From IMG/VR virus record IMGVR_UViG_3300024262_006558, positions 62,001-126,000 of that record: 64,000 nucleotides of DNA; one strand, 5' to 3'. Numbering within the stretch: the first letter of the stretch is position 1; every line of letters starts with the position of its first letter. Of the stretch, positions 1 through 10,816 are shown one piece after another. Position numbers and translations under genes: made by a program. The notes under the pieces are model-generated. The model saw only the letters and a program-made list of their open reading frames with translations, had not been told where the DNA came from and ran no database searches.

Positions 1-1602
1 AGTATGAATCTTACTTGCAAACACATTATTTAAATTTGTCCCTCCTGAATATATATTACTAACATCCAATGATTCCCCAAAAAACACTGCCTCTGTTGTG
101 TTTCCAGAAAAAACATCAGAATAAGTTGTTCCTGTTATATATAAATCTGTAAAATTTTGAGTTTCTAAACTTCCAGAGTCTCCCTTTAGTCCTCTAGGGC
201 CTTGTATTTTAACAATATTAAGAGAGGATCCATTGGCTTGTAATTGAAGTGTCCCACCTCCCTGTCCTCTTCTAAATCCTATTCTTAATTTATACCCTTC
301 TTTTAAATCTAAAGAAACAAAAAATGATCCTGTTGCACCAAACCCTGTTTGCCTGATATACATCTCAGATAACGTACCGTCTACTTCTTGCCATGTGGAT
401 CCTGTGTTTATTTCTAGTCTACATTCTGCCTGAGTTCTACTAGTACTACCAGTTCCTTTTATAGACACTCTACCAAGAACAAGATATGTAAAATCTGAAT
501 TTATAGTAACTTCATCACTGTCTACTATTACATCATGAGAAAAGTTTAAATCTGTTTTCCTTTCTTCATTTAGAGGTACTGTTGCGACCCAGGCTGTAGA
601 TGTTGTCGTTGTTCCCCCGACTCCATCATAAGCATCAAAATAAGAAGTTGATAAACCTGATAGCGACTCATCTATTATAGAGTCTATTATATCTTCTAAA
701 TATGTTCCGCCAGAATATATAGTAGTAGCCGATAATATATTAAATAATGAATCTCCACTAACTGAGATGTTATCAAATGAACCTCCACTTATATTTACCG
801 TTGGATTATTGTCCGTCCCCCCAGTAAATGTATTTAACCCATCTTGAACTCTTGTTATGTCACTTGTGCCCCCAGTTGGTATCAAAGATATAATTACATC
901 CTCTAAATCTGTTCCGCCTGAATATATAGTCCCACCAGATAATGTCGGAGCATAAACTCCTCCAATAAACGTAGCGCCAGATAAATTAGCTTTAGAATCT
1001 AGGATGCCCTGGAGATTGTTTATATCACTTATATTATGCGTGTGAATCTTGCTTGCAAACACATCACTTAAATCCGTGCTTCCAGAATATATAGTAGTAG
1101 CCGATAACGCATTAAATAAAGAACTTCCACTAATTGAAATGTTATCAAATGACCCCCCGCTTATATTCACAGTAGGATTTAAAATAGTACCTCCAGTAAA
1201 TGTATTTAATCCATCTTGTATTTTTGATGAATTTTGTGCTGTAGATGCCGTTATTACACTTTCTAAATCAGTTCCACCTGACAATATCACACCAAAAGAT
1301 GCTGTAGACGCTGTTACATTCCCAACTATTGTTACATCTGAATTTATAACACCATTATATGCTGCTATATAATTAATTCCTACCGTATTAACATTTATAA
1401 TTAAATCCCCGTCTGATGATAAAATAATATCACCAGAATCAACACTACTTTGAAGATCCAATGAAGCCCTTACTTCATCAATAGTAAAATTGCCATCAGG
1501 AGAAATTAACTCGGTAGAAGTGCCTGCTGAAAAAATAGTTCCATTAGGCTCTATTAAATCACTTATTAATTGAGTTGTTATAGCGCTTAATATAATCCCC
1601 AT
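1..1602 (-). CDS. Fibre-like G/S/T-rich repeat protein, truncated at window edge
   Basis: ATG at 1602 overlaps the TAA of the upstream gene. Reads MGIILSAITTQLISDLIEPNG... and contains the shared module ITRVQDGLNTFTGGTDNNPTVNISGG. Not in the ORF track because it runs off the window. Confidence 0.75.
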   Translation of the reverse strand, partial: MGIILSAITTQLISDLIEPNGTIFSAGTSTELISPDGNFTIDEVRASLDLQSSVDSGDIILSSDGDLIINVNTVGINYIAAYNGVINSDVTIVGNVTASTASFGVILSGGTDLESVITASTAQNSSKIQDGLNTFTGGTILNPTVNISGGSFDNISISGSSLFNALSATTIYSGSTDLSDVFASKIHTHNISDINNLQGILDSKANLSGATFIGGVYAPTLSGGTIYSGGTDLEDVIISLIPTGGTSDITRVQDGLNTFTGGTDNNPTVNISGGSFDNISVSGDSLFNILSATTIYSGGTYLEDIIDSIIDESLSGLSTSYFDAYDGVGGTTTTSTAWVATVPLNEERKTDLNFSHDVIVDSDEVTINSDFTYLVLGRVSIKGTGSTSRTQAECRLEINTGSTWQEVDGTLSEMYIRQTGFGATGSFFVSLDLKEGYKLRIGFRRGQGGGTLQLQANGSSLNIVKIQGPRGLKGDSGSLETQNFTDLYITGTTYSDVFSGNTTEAVFFGESLDVSNIYSGGTNLNNVFASKIHT

Positions 1603-4493
1603 TATATACTTAGTTTTGTTATTGTTATATTACTATCATTAGCAATTGTTGTTAATGAACCACTTCCAGCATGAATAGATATTTGAACTTTTATCTTATC
1701 TCCTGAGTTAAATCTTTGTTTTATAGTTTTTGAAATGCTGCATTCGCCATTTGCTGTGCTTCTATGATATCCATAAGAAGCGCTTCTAAATATTTCATTA
1801 TATCCACCGCCAGAGTCTAACACAATTCTATTTTTTGAATTCTTTCTACCTCCTGAATTAATATCTATAGATAATCCATATGTTACCTCATAGAAACCAT
1901 CAGTTAATAGAGAAACTTCAGTGCCAGAATGAGAATAATTACTTCCAACTATTATTTCTGAATCCCAATTAACATCAGAATACACCCCTGTAGTAATAGT
2001 TGTCCCTGATTGGTATATGTCTAAATTCCAATCTTCTTTTATTATTTGATCATAACTTACTCCGCCAGTAATGGTAATATTATTTAAATCATTTCTGCTT
2101 AGCGTAAATGTTCCCCCTGACGAAACCGTACCTCCTGTAACAAAGGTGTCTGAAGAATTTATAATATCCTCAAGATTAGTCCCTCCAGAATATATAGTAC
2201 CCCCACTTATCGTAGGAGCATAGACTACACCAGTAAATGTTGCTCCAGATAAACTTGCTTTTGTATCAAGGCTTCCCTGTAGATTGTTTATATCATTTAT
2301 TTCATGAGTATGTCCAGTTACTGAAAATAACTCATATAAATTAGTGGATCCTGAATTTATAGTGTCAGCACTTAATGTGTTAAGATTTGTTGATCCAGTT
2401 ACAATTAAACTATCAAATGTTCCACCGCTAATATTGACTGTTGGATTATTTGCAGTGCCTCCAGTAAATGTGTTGATACCATTCCCAATACGGGTTATAT
2501 CACTTGTGTCCCCGCTTAAAATTAAAGAAATTATTATATCTTCAAGATCCGTTGAACCAGAATACAAAGTTCCACCACTTAGGGTAGGAGCGTAAACCCC
2601 ACCAATGAATGTTGCTCCAGATAAATTTGCTTTTGAATCAAGACTTCCCTGTAGATTGTTTATGTCACCTATTTCATGAGTATGTCCAGTTACCGAGAAT
2701 ATCTCATATAGATTAGTGGAGCCAGATATTATAGTACTAGCACTTAATGTGTTAAATGAGGATGATCCACTTACTGAAATGCTATCAAATGTTCCACCGC
2801 TAATATTAATTATTGGATTTAACTCAGTTCCTCCAGTATATGTATTTAAACCATTTTGGACACGAGTGACATCTAACAATTCAGTTTCGGATGCAATTGA
2901 TCTAATTATATCATCAAGTTCAGTAGAACCAGAATATATAGTGCCACCGCTTAATGTTGGAGCATATACTCCCCCAGTAAATGTTGCCCCAGAAAGATTA
3001 GCCTTTGAATCAAGGCTTCCCTGCAGATTGTTTATGTCACCTATTTCATGAGTATGTCCAGTTACTGAGAATATCTCATATAAATTTGTAGACCCTGAAC
3101 TTATATTGCTAGCACTTAATGCATTAAGATTTGTTAGCCCAGTTACAATTAAACTATCAAATGTTCCTCCAGTGATGTTAATTGTTGGATTATTATCTGT
3201 ACCTCCCGTAAAAGTATTTATTCCATTACCAACGCGAGTTACATCACTCGTATCCCCGCTTAATATTAAAGAAATGATTACATCTTCAAGATTTGTTGAT
3301 CCTGAAAACAAAGTCCCTCCACTTAGTGTATTTGCGCTAAATGAGTTAGACGAGCTTGTTCCTGATACATAAAGATTATCTAAGCTAGCGCCAGTAATAT
3401 TAACTGTTGGATTTAAATCAGTTCCTCCCGTAAAAGTATTTATTCCATTACCAACGCGGGTTACATCACTAGTATCACCGCTTAATATCAAAGAAATGAT
3501 TACATCTTCAAGATTGGTTCCTCCAGAATATATGGTGCCACCGCTTATTGTTGGAGCATATACTCCCCCAGTAAATGTTGCTCCAGAAAGATTAGCTTTT
3601 GAATCAAGACTGCCTTGTAAATTAAGTATATCGCTTATTTCATGAGTATGTATCTTGCTTGCAAACACATCATTAAGATTGGTGTTTCCAGAATAAATAC
3701 TACTTCCTGAAAGTGATGTCGCTGCAAATCCTACATTTGAATTCCAGTCTCCATTGAAAATTGTGGATATGCTTGATGAACTACCATCAGTCTGTCCAGA
3801 CAATACTGTTATCCCTCCGCCTACAGCGCTAAGATGTGTACCACCATAATTAAGATCAATGTTATTGTCTTTAGATTGAACTACTTCTGTGTTTAATGTC
3901 GTAGCTGTGCCAAGCACTTCTAAATCTCCAGTAATCGAAACATTTCCTGTGATAGTCCCGCCTGTTTTGTCATACTTAGAAACATTTAGATCATTAATAA
4001 AAAACCCTAAATCAGTACTTCCAGAATAAAATGTGGTAGCACTCAGCGTGTTAAACGCAGCTTCTCCACTAACTATTATATTATCAAAAGTTCCCCCAGT
4101 AACATTAACTGTTGGATTATTATCTGTGCCTCCCGTAAAAGTATTTATTCCATTACCAACGCGAGTTACATCACTAGTATCACCGCTTAATATCAAAGAA
4201 ATGATTACATCTTCAAGATTGGTTCCTCCAGAATATATGGTAGACGCGCTTAGCGTATCAAATAAAGATGCTCCACTTACTGATATATTATCAAAAGTTC
4301 CTCCAGTAATATTTACTGTAGGGAATAATTTAGTGCCTCCAGTAAATGTATTTAAACCATTTTGTACTGAAGTAGCATTTTGATTTAATATAAATCCAAG
4401 CTCAGTAGACCCTGAATAGTAAGTTGACGCACTAAAAGATTGCCTCACTATAGAGCTTCTATCAATATCTAACCCTCCCTTTACTTTTGCCAT
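1602..4493 (-). CDS. Putative tail fibre/virion appendage protein with many internal repeats (963 aa)
   Basis: Repeated TIYSGSTNL...DVTRVGNGINTFTGGTDNNPTVN and HTHEIxDINNLQGSLDSKAN (HxH fibre repeat) modules. The C-terminal domain is beta-rich. Confidence 0.75.
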   Translation of the reverse strand: MAKVKGGLDIDRSSIVRQSFSASTYYSGSTELGFILNQNATSVQNGLNTFTGGTKLFPTVNITGGTFDNISVSGASLFDTLSASTIYSGGTNLEDVIISLILSGDTSDVTRVGNGINTFTGGTDNNPTVNVTGGTFDNIIVSGEAAFNTLSATTFYSGSTDLGFFINDLNVSKYDKTGGTITGNVSITGDLEVLGTATTLNTEVVQSKDNNIDLNYGGTHLSAVGGGITVLSGQTDGSSSSISTIFNGDWNSNVGFAATSLSGSSIYSGNTNLNDVFASKIHTHEISDILNLQGSLDSKANLSGATFTGGVYAPTISGGTIYSGGTNLEDVIISLILSGDTSDVTRVGNGINTFTGGTDLNPTVNITGASLDNLYVSGTSSSNSFSANTLSGGTLFSGSTNLEDVIISLILSGDTSDVTRVGNGINTFTGGTDNNPTINITGGTFDSLIVTGLTNLNALSASNISSGSTNLYEIFSVTGHTHEIGDINNLQGSLDSKANLSGATFTGGVYAPTLSGGTIYSGSTELDDIIRSIASETELLDVTRVQNGLNTYTGGTELNPIINISGGTFDSISVSGSSSFNTLSASTIISGSTNLYEIFSVTGHTHEIGDINNLQGSLDSKANLSGATFIGGVYAPTLSGGTLYSGSTDLEDIIISLILSGDTSDITRIGNGINTFTGGTANNPTVNISGGTFDSLIVTGSTNLNTLSADTINSGSTNLYELFSVTGHTHEINDINNLQGSLDTKASLSGATFTGVVYAPTISGGTIYSGGTNLEDIINSSDTFVTGGTVSSGGTFTLSRNDLNNITITGGVSYDQIIKEDWNLDIYQSGTTITTGVYSDVNWDSEIIVGSNYSHSGTEVSLLTDGFYEVTYGLSIDINSGGRKNSKNRIVLDSGGGYNEIFRSASYGYHRSTANGECSISKTIKQRFNSGDKIKVQISIHAGSGSLTTIANDSNITITKLSI

Positions 4494-4549
4494 TACTAGT
4501 GTTTTTTATAAATATCAAAAACTTATTAAAATAAGCTTTTTATTATGCT

Positions 4550-6868
4550 TTAAATGTCAACCGTTGTAATAACAGCCATGCATATTTTAATGCCATTTAT
4601 ACCGACCCCGCTACCTGATTGATTTTCAAACTCAATACCTATTAGATCTCCAGATGATATAGATCCAGAAATATCTAAATTAGCACTTTGAAAGGCGTTG
4701 CCAGTCAAATCATTATTAACCCCTATACCTGATGTATCACTAAGCACTATGTTAGCTGTTTCTAGCAATGTTCTAGATGAATATAAATGTTTGTATATAT
4801 TAATCCTTAAAGTTGGACTGAGGCCAACAGAAGCATTGTCAACAGATGCGTTTGCAATAGTAATAGATATGTTTTTTAGATTTGAATCCTTTGGTATTAT
4901 AAAAGGGTTGATGCTTCCTCCACTAAAAACGTTTACGCTACTGGTTGTTGTTATGCCAGAATCATTAGTGAATTTATAAAAAGGGGCGGTAGCTCCCGTT
5001 ATCTCATTGAGATATTCAAACTGATATTCTCTTTCTTTTTTAGTTAAAGAGTTAATTATAGTTTCAAGATCAGTTCCTCCAGATAAAAAGAGAGATGAGT
5101 CTATGGAATTAATTCCACTTAAATCATTTGAATCGTTTAAAAGTACATTGGAGCCTTTTATCACTTTCCCGCTTGTTCCATTAAATCTAGATAATGAATT
5201 ATTTATAGAAGATGCTGGAGCAATAACATCACCAAACGACCCTCCAGATACAATTACATTAGAAGAACCGCATTTCTGAACTATCGTTCTGATTGTACAA
5301 CCGCTATCACCCACAAATACTCTAATAGATTCATTATTTAACCTTTCAATATCTCCAGGTATAATATCTCTATTATTTGTTAGATCATATGCAGTTATAT
5401 CAACATCTAAACTTCCTAAATTATGCTTAAAGTCTGCATAGTAAAAAGATGTGTCTGCTGAAAACGGAAACCAAGTACTAAGAGTGGTTGCTGTGCATCC
5501 AGTTATTTCTGGTATAGCATCTTTTATAATGTCGTATAGATCAGTGGTCCCAGAGTAGAAAGTAGCAGCTGTTATAGTTGTAGCGCTCAAAGCGTTGAAC
5601 ACGCTTTGACCTGAAGCGTTAATGCTATTAACTATTGGATCATCAATTAATCCAACTATTGGCTTATTAGCCGTGCCTCCAGTATAAATATTGTTTCCAG
5701 GCTGAACTCTTGTCAATTCACCGCTCGTAACAGTTGAACCGCATTTCTGAACCAGTGTTCTAATGGTACACCCGCTATCGCTTATGTAAAGCCTTACATC
5801 ATCAACGCTTATTCTTTGTATGTCATCTAAAAAAATGTCTTTTTTAGTAAAAAAGTCATAAGCAGTAACATCAACATCGTAAGTATCTAGATTGTGATTA
5901 AAATCTGCATAGTACAAAGTGGGGTCTCCTGAAAATGGCAGCCAGGAACTTATTGTAGTAGAAGCACATCCTGAAATTTCAAAGTTAATTAAATTACTTA
6001 TTATCTCTTCAAGATTTGTTCCTCCAGAATAAAAAGTGGTAGCCGATATTGTAATAGCGCTCAATGTGTTAAACACAGAGTCTCCGCTTACATATATATT
6101 ATCAAAAGTTCCACCAGTAATATTAACTGTTGGAAAATTATCAGTGCCTCCAGTAAATGTGTTTACACCACTTTGTACACGAGTTATGTCTCCAGTTGCA
6201 CCGCTGCCAACCAGGGATATGATTACATTTTCAAGATTTGTTCCTCCAGAATATATAGTGGTTGCGCTTAAAATATTAAGACTAGTTGCCCCGCTTACAT
6301 TTAACGTATCAAAAGTTCCTCCAGTAATGTTAACTGTTGGGTAATTATCTGTGCCTCCAGTAAATGTGTTTATACCACCTTGAACGCGAGTGATATCTCC
6401 AGTAGCCCCGCTTCCAGCTAGTGATATTATTATATCCTCAAGATTAGTGTTTCCAGAATAAATTGTAGTAGCTGACAGTTCATTAAATGAAGAGTCCCCA
6501 CTAACTGTTATATTGTCAATTGATAAACCTGTTACATTTACCTCTGGGTAATTATCAGTTCCTCCAGTAAATGTGTTTATACCACCTTGAACGCGAGTGA
6601 TATCTCCACTCCCCCCTCCTCCACTTCCAAAAATATCATATAAATCAGTAGAGCCAGAATATATAGTTCCAGCAGAAATTGTAACCGCGCTAACACCAGC
6701 ATTAAACGTAGTTAACCCTGTAACGGTCCCGCCAGATAAAGGTAGGAAGTTTTTAGAAAAATAATCATTACAATAATTTATAGATTCGAAATTATCATTT
6801 AACTTTATTCGAAGTCTATGCTCATTGTTAATGTCCGTGTTAAATATTTCTTGAAGATTACAAGGCAT
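4550..6868 (-). CDS. Putative fibre/appendage protein (772 aa)
   Basis: Same DITRVQxGxNTFTGGT module, plus a duplicated HNLxxxDVDVTAYD domain. Confidence 0.7.
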   Translation of the reverse strand: MPCNLQEIFNTDINNEHRLRIKLNDNFESINYCNDYFSKNFLPLSGGTVTGLTTFNAGVSAVTISAGTIYSGSTDLYDIFGSGGGGSGDITRVQGGINTFTGGTDNYPEVNVTGLSIDNITVSGDSSFNELSATTIYSGNTNLEDIIISLAGSGATGDITRVQGGINTFTGGTDNYPTVNITGGTFDTLNVSGATSLNILSATTIYSGGTNLENVIISLVGSGATGDITRVQSGVNTFTGGTDNFPTVNITGGTFDNIYVSGDSVFNTLSAITISATTFYSGGTNLEEIISNLINFEISGCASTTISSWLPFSGDPTLYYADFNHNLDTYDVDVTAYDFFTKKDIFLDDIQRISVDDVRLYISDSGCTIRTLVQKCGSTVTSGELTRVQPGNNIYTGGTANKPIVGLIDDPIVNSINASGQSVFNALSATTITAATFYSGTTDLYDIIKDAIPEITGCTATTLSTWFPFSADTSFYYADFKHNLGSLDVDITAYDLTNNRDIIPGDIERLNNESIRVFVGDSGCTIRTIVQKCGSSNVIVSGGSFGDVIAPASSINNSLSRFNGTSGKVIKGSNVLLNDSNDLSGINSIDSSLFLSGGTDLETIINSLTKKEREYQFEYLNEITGATAPFYKFTNDSGITTTSSVNVFSGGSINPFIIPKDSNLKNISITIANASVDNASVGLSPTLRINIYKHLYSSRTLLETANIVLSDTSGIGVNNDLTGNAFQSANLDISGSISSGDLIGIEFENQSGSGVGINGIKICMAVITTVDI

Positions 6869-6930
6869 TTATAAATTTTTTTTTATATAAATAGCTGTCA
6901 TTTTAAAGCAAGACAGCTGTATATAAAAAA

Positions 6931-7359
6931 CTACCTTATATAAGATTTGGTGCCAAACACTCTCACCATAGCATATCTTATAATATTATCAGTTAAACTC
7001 CACAATGTCCTATCATTTAAAACATTGCTCCACATTAACTGCTCTTTATCGGCAAGTTTTTTAGCTACTTTAACTCCAGAAATGCTTCTTACATAGTCAA
7101 ACTCATACATCCAATCATGTATCATTGCAGCAAACAAAAATGGGCCATAAGCTGGGAAAATCCCCCTTAATAATCTAGGTGAAGAGCTGCCATTAAAATT
7201 AAAGCCTTTATCTATAGTTATTATACTTCCGCAAGAAAGTTGTATGTCTATTTCTTTGTTTACAATAAAATACTTTTCATCATCAACAAACTTATTAGAA
7301 ATAACTCCTATATATTTATTAAGATCTAATTCTTTAACATTAACTAAAGTAACTAGCAT
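6931..7359 (-). CDS. DUF1353-like protein
   Basis: GFxFxGxSxPR...AAMIHDWMY...ADK motif pattern. Confidence 0.7.
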   Translation of the reverse strand: MLVTLVNVKELDLNKYIGVISNKFVDDEKYFIVNKEIDIQLSCGSIITIDKGFNFNGSSSPRLLRGIFPAYGPFLFAAMIHDWMYEFDYVRSISGVKVAKKLADKEQLMWSNVLNDRTLWSLTDNIIRYAMVRVFGTKSYIR

Positions 7360-7688
7360 TATAATTGTATTTCTACAATCCCAGTAGCACCAGAGCTATA
7401 TCCTAATTTTTCTAAAACCCAATACTTCAAGTATTCGTTAACACCCTCTGGGTCTAAAGCTAAATATCCTGCCTGATCTAAAACTAGATTATAATTGTTA
7501 GGAAATTCATTTATTCTTCTAATTTTTGACATCCCATTATCATAGTCAGTCTCAGATCTGTATATACTTAAATTGTAGTCAACGTTATATCCTTTTTCTG
7601 GAAATATTGTTGAAAATTTTACTAATGATCCAGATGCTACAACTCCACCATCTGGTGTGTTTAATTCTTCGTTTATTTTAAGTGCCAT
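7359..7688 (-). CDS. Hypothetical protein (possible fibre chaperone)
   Basis: 109-aa ORF directly after an adhesin-like gene. Function inferred from position only. Confidence 0.6.
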   Translation of the reverse strand: MALKINEELNTPDGGVVASGSLVKFSTIFPEKGYNVDYNLSIYRSETDYDNGMSKIRRINEFPNNYNLVLDQAGYLALDPEGVNEYLKYWVLEKLGYSSGATGIVEIQL

Positions 7689-7730
7689 TTTTGTATTATT
7701 TATTTTAAATATTATTCTTAAATATTATTT

Positions 7731-10268
7731 TTAATGGAAATCAACCCACGTACTTCCATCATACCCTCTAAATTTGCTAGTAGTAGAATTAAAAACTATC
7801 ATTCCAGCCGTTGCTGTCAACGCTCCCTCCTCGGTAGTATCTACAACATTAGTTTTAAAAACTCTTGTTGTAGATTTCAAATCTAAACCAACAGAGGAGG
7901 TTGTCGCAGTAAGCCCGTGTATTACTAAAGCGCCAGTTCCATTTATGTATTGATCTTCAGTTTTAGCAAACAACACTCTAGGCACGTCTTCAGCCCATCC
8001 AAGAGCAAAAGAATCACTTAGTAAATTATCTACTGAATCCCCCATTGTAATAGAACGAGCCCCTAAAGCCTGATTGTAATTAACATTATTACCAATACTT
8101 ATAGTGTTTATTCCAGATGTTCCAGTAGTACCTCCTCCAGCTCTATATCCAATACAAACTTGAGCCTGAGCTCTAGCTGCAGATTGCGTACCTATAGACA
8201 CAGCATTTGTGCTATCCACTGTAGCATCTCCAATAGCTATAGACCCATTACCACTCGCAAAAGAACTACTTCCAATAGCGATAGACCCGCTACCATCACT
8301 TCTAGATGTGCTACCAATAGCTAAAGCTGTACTGCCAGAAGAGCTTGCTCCTGGACCTATTGTGACTGAGTTTGCTCCGATTGTTGCAGCGTTATAATTA
8401 GTCGCGCTTCCTATGGTTATAGAAGAGGCACCAAACGTTGTCACATTACCACCACCCGCTCTATATCCTAAAGAAATTGCTCCATTAGCATCGCTTTCAG
8501 ATTGATTTCCGATAGCTACAGCATTTGCGTCTTTAGCTTCAGACTGAGTCCCTATTGCTACAGAGTTGGATCCTATGTTTACAGATCCATCGTTTGATTG
8601 ATATCCTATAGAAACCGAAGAATTCCCTTTTGTCCCTGTCGTATTTCCAGCGTTATACCCAACAGCTATAGCTCCAAGAACTTCGCTTGTAGCTACATTT
8701 CCTATAGACAAAGAATATTGACCTGATGCTACTGAGCTCCTCCCTAGTGATATAGAATATAAACCGCTAGAATCCACATTATGACCTACAGCTACAGAGG
8801 ATGTAGTTGTTGCTTGCGATAAGTAACCTATACATACTGATTCACCTCCCGATGACGTAGTTGTACTGCCGACTGCTACTGAATTATTACCTATATCTGT
8901 AGTGCCTTGATTTGAGTTATACCCCATTGACACCGTCACTGAACCTTTGGTTCCAGTGGTGTTTCCAGCGTTTTTACCAATGGTTACAACTCCTAAATTC
9001 TCAGCTTTAGCTGACCTACCTATAGCTATAGATTCAAGACCTGAAGCTATAGAATTGTATCCTACAGAAACTGAATCATTTCCATCTGACTGAGAAAAGC
9101 CTCCAACTGATATACCTCTTTCCCCCTTAGCATTTGAAGCTCCTCCAATAGACACAGATGTTACACCTGTAGCTTCAGCCAAATACCCTAAGGAAACAGA
9201 GTAGTTAGAACGAGTCTTAGATTGATATCCTATTGCAACAGAATCTAAACCTATATCATTAGATCCATTATTAGATAAATGCCCAATGCTTATTGCATAA
9301 TTATTTTTTGCACCGCTAGTGTTTCCAGCATTATACCCAATCGACACGCACCCTGAAGCAGATTTAGAAAGCCTACCTATAGAAATGCTATCGGTTTCTG
9401 TAGATGAAGCTTCCGAGCCTATAGCAATGGAATAGTCACCAATTGCATCCGACTGATACCCTACAGCAGTAGGTCTAACTCCAGAAGCGTTAGCGCTCTC
9501 ACCTACAGATACAGCTGAAGAACTACTTCCAGAAGCCAAATAACCTAAACTAAAAGAGCCATCATTTTTTAAAGTTAATAAATCATTCGACCCAGTTTTG
9601 AAATCCAAATCATAACCATTAAGCTCTAGTGAGGTGTCTTGAATTATGCTACCTCCAAACCCAAAAGTGTTTGCGCTATATTCAGTTATAGCATTTACAA
9701 AACTATTAGAAGATCCACCCCCGCCTAATAGTAAAGATAAATCCGTACTACCTGAATAAAACGTGGTTGCACTTATCGTAGATGCGCTAAACGAGTTAGC
9801 TGAATTACTTCCGCTTACGTATAAATTATCTAAACTTGCTCCAGTGATATTTACCGTTGGTAAATTTTCCGTCCCGCCAGTGAATGTGTTTACACCATTA
9901 CCAATTCGAGTAATATCCACAGCTCCATTTCCAAACAACAAAGACAAATCCGTACTTCCTGAATATATTGTTGCAGCGCTTATTGTAATAGCGCTAAACG
10001 AGTTAACCTGACTATCTCCACTTACCGTAATATTATCAACAGTTAAGCCAGTAATGTTTACCGTTGGTATATTATCCGTTCCTCCAGTAAATGAATTTAC
10101 ACCATTACCAACGCGAGTAACATCTATAGACCCGCTTCCAAACAATAAAGACAAATCCGTACTTCCAGAATATATAGTGTCACCCGAAATAGATGGATTC
10201 GAATTTACACTGCTTAAAAAATTATTTTCATCTAATCCCCTTCTAGGAAAACCACTCTTACTTCCCAT
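7731..10268 (-). CDS. Adhesin/fibre protein with YadA-head-like (Hep/Hag) repeats
   Basis: Dozens of 14-aa S(V/I)AIGxxSxA repeats. The N-terminal part carries the shared fibre module. Confidence 0.8.
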   Translation of the reverse strand: MGSKSGFPRRGLDENNFLSSVNSNPSISGDTIYSGSTDLSLLFGSGSIDVTRVGNGVNSFTGGTDNIPTVNITGLTVDNITVSGDSQVNSFSAITISAATIYSGSTDLSLLFGNGAVDITRIGNGVNTFTGGTENLPTVNITGASLDNLYVSGSNSANSFSASTISATTFYSGSTDLSLLLGGGGSSNSFVNAITEYSANTFGFGGSIIQDTSLELNGYDLDFKTGSNDLLTLKNDGSFSLGYLASGSSSSAVSVGESANASGVRPTAVGYQSDAIGDYSIAIGSEASSTETDSISIGRLSKSASGCVSIGYNAGNTSGAKNNYAISIGHLSNNGSNDIGLDSVAIGYQSKTRSNYSVSLGYLAEATGVTSVSIGGASNAKGERGISVGGFSQSDGNDSVSVGYNSIASGLESIAIGRSAKAENLGVVTIGKNAGNTTGTKGSVTVSMGYNSNQGTTDIGNNSVAVGSTTTSSGGESVCIGYLSQATTTSSVAVGHNVDSSGLYSISLGRSSVASGQYSLSIGNVATSEVLGAIAVGYNAGNTTGTKGNSSVSIGYQSNDGSVNIGSNSVAIGTQSEAKDANAVAIGNQSESDANGAISLGYRAGGGNVTTFGASSITIGSATNYNAATIGANSVTIGPGASSSGSTALAIGSTSRSDGSGSIAIGSSSFASGNGSIAIGDATVDSTNAVSIGTQSAARAQAQVCIGYRAGGGTTGTSGINTISIGNNVNYNQALGARSITMGDSVDNLLSDSFALGWAEDVPRVLFAKTEDQYINGTGALVIHGLTATTSSVGLDLKSTTRVFKTNVVDTTEEGALTATAGMIVFNSTTSKFRGYDGSTWVDFH

Positions 10269-10279
10269 AATTAACTTTA

Positions 10280-10801
10280 TTAATAAATAGCATCAAATAT
10301 ACCTCTTGAATCCATCTCTAAAACTTTATTTCTAATCGCGTCTGGTAATGTTGCGTTTTTTTCAATCATTACTAAATTAAAGAAATAATCAAACTCACCT
10401 ATCTCCGTCTCCATTCCTTCATTTAATAAAAAATCATTACCTATTTTGAACGTGTGTCTCTTCTCAATAGGTAAACCCGATTCATCTATATATGTTATCA
10501 ACATAGAAGCGTACATAGTTCTAGTGGAAAAATCCATGGGCATTGAGAGAATTGTTACCTTCCTTTCATTGTCAGTTTCTTCAAAAACATAATTTGAAAT
10601 TATTACATCAAATATTGATTCTTCTTCTAAATCAAAATCGAAAACAATGGAGCTATAATCAATATTCTTTCTTCTAAAAAAGTGTATAGCCTCATCCAGT
10701 TCACCAACAAAAGCTTTTTCTTTTGTTCTAGTTATAGACGTTTCTTCATGCTCTATACATGAAAGAACTTCTGTGTCGTTGTATAATATTCTATACTCCA
10801 T
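10280..10801 (-). CDS. Hypothetical protein
   Basis: 173-aa ORF in operon context. Confidence 0.65.
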   Translation of the reverse strand: MEYRILYNDTEVLSCIEHEETSITRTKEKAFVGELDEAIHFFRRKNIDYSSIVFDFDLEEESIFDVIISNYVFEETDNERKVTILSMPMDFSTRTMYASMLITYIDESGLPIEKRHTFKIGNDFLLNEGMETEIGEFDYFFNLVMIEKNATLPDAIRNKVLEMDSRGIFDAIY

Positions 10802-10816
10802 AATTATTTATTATTT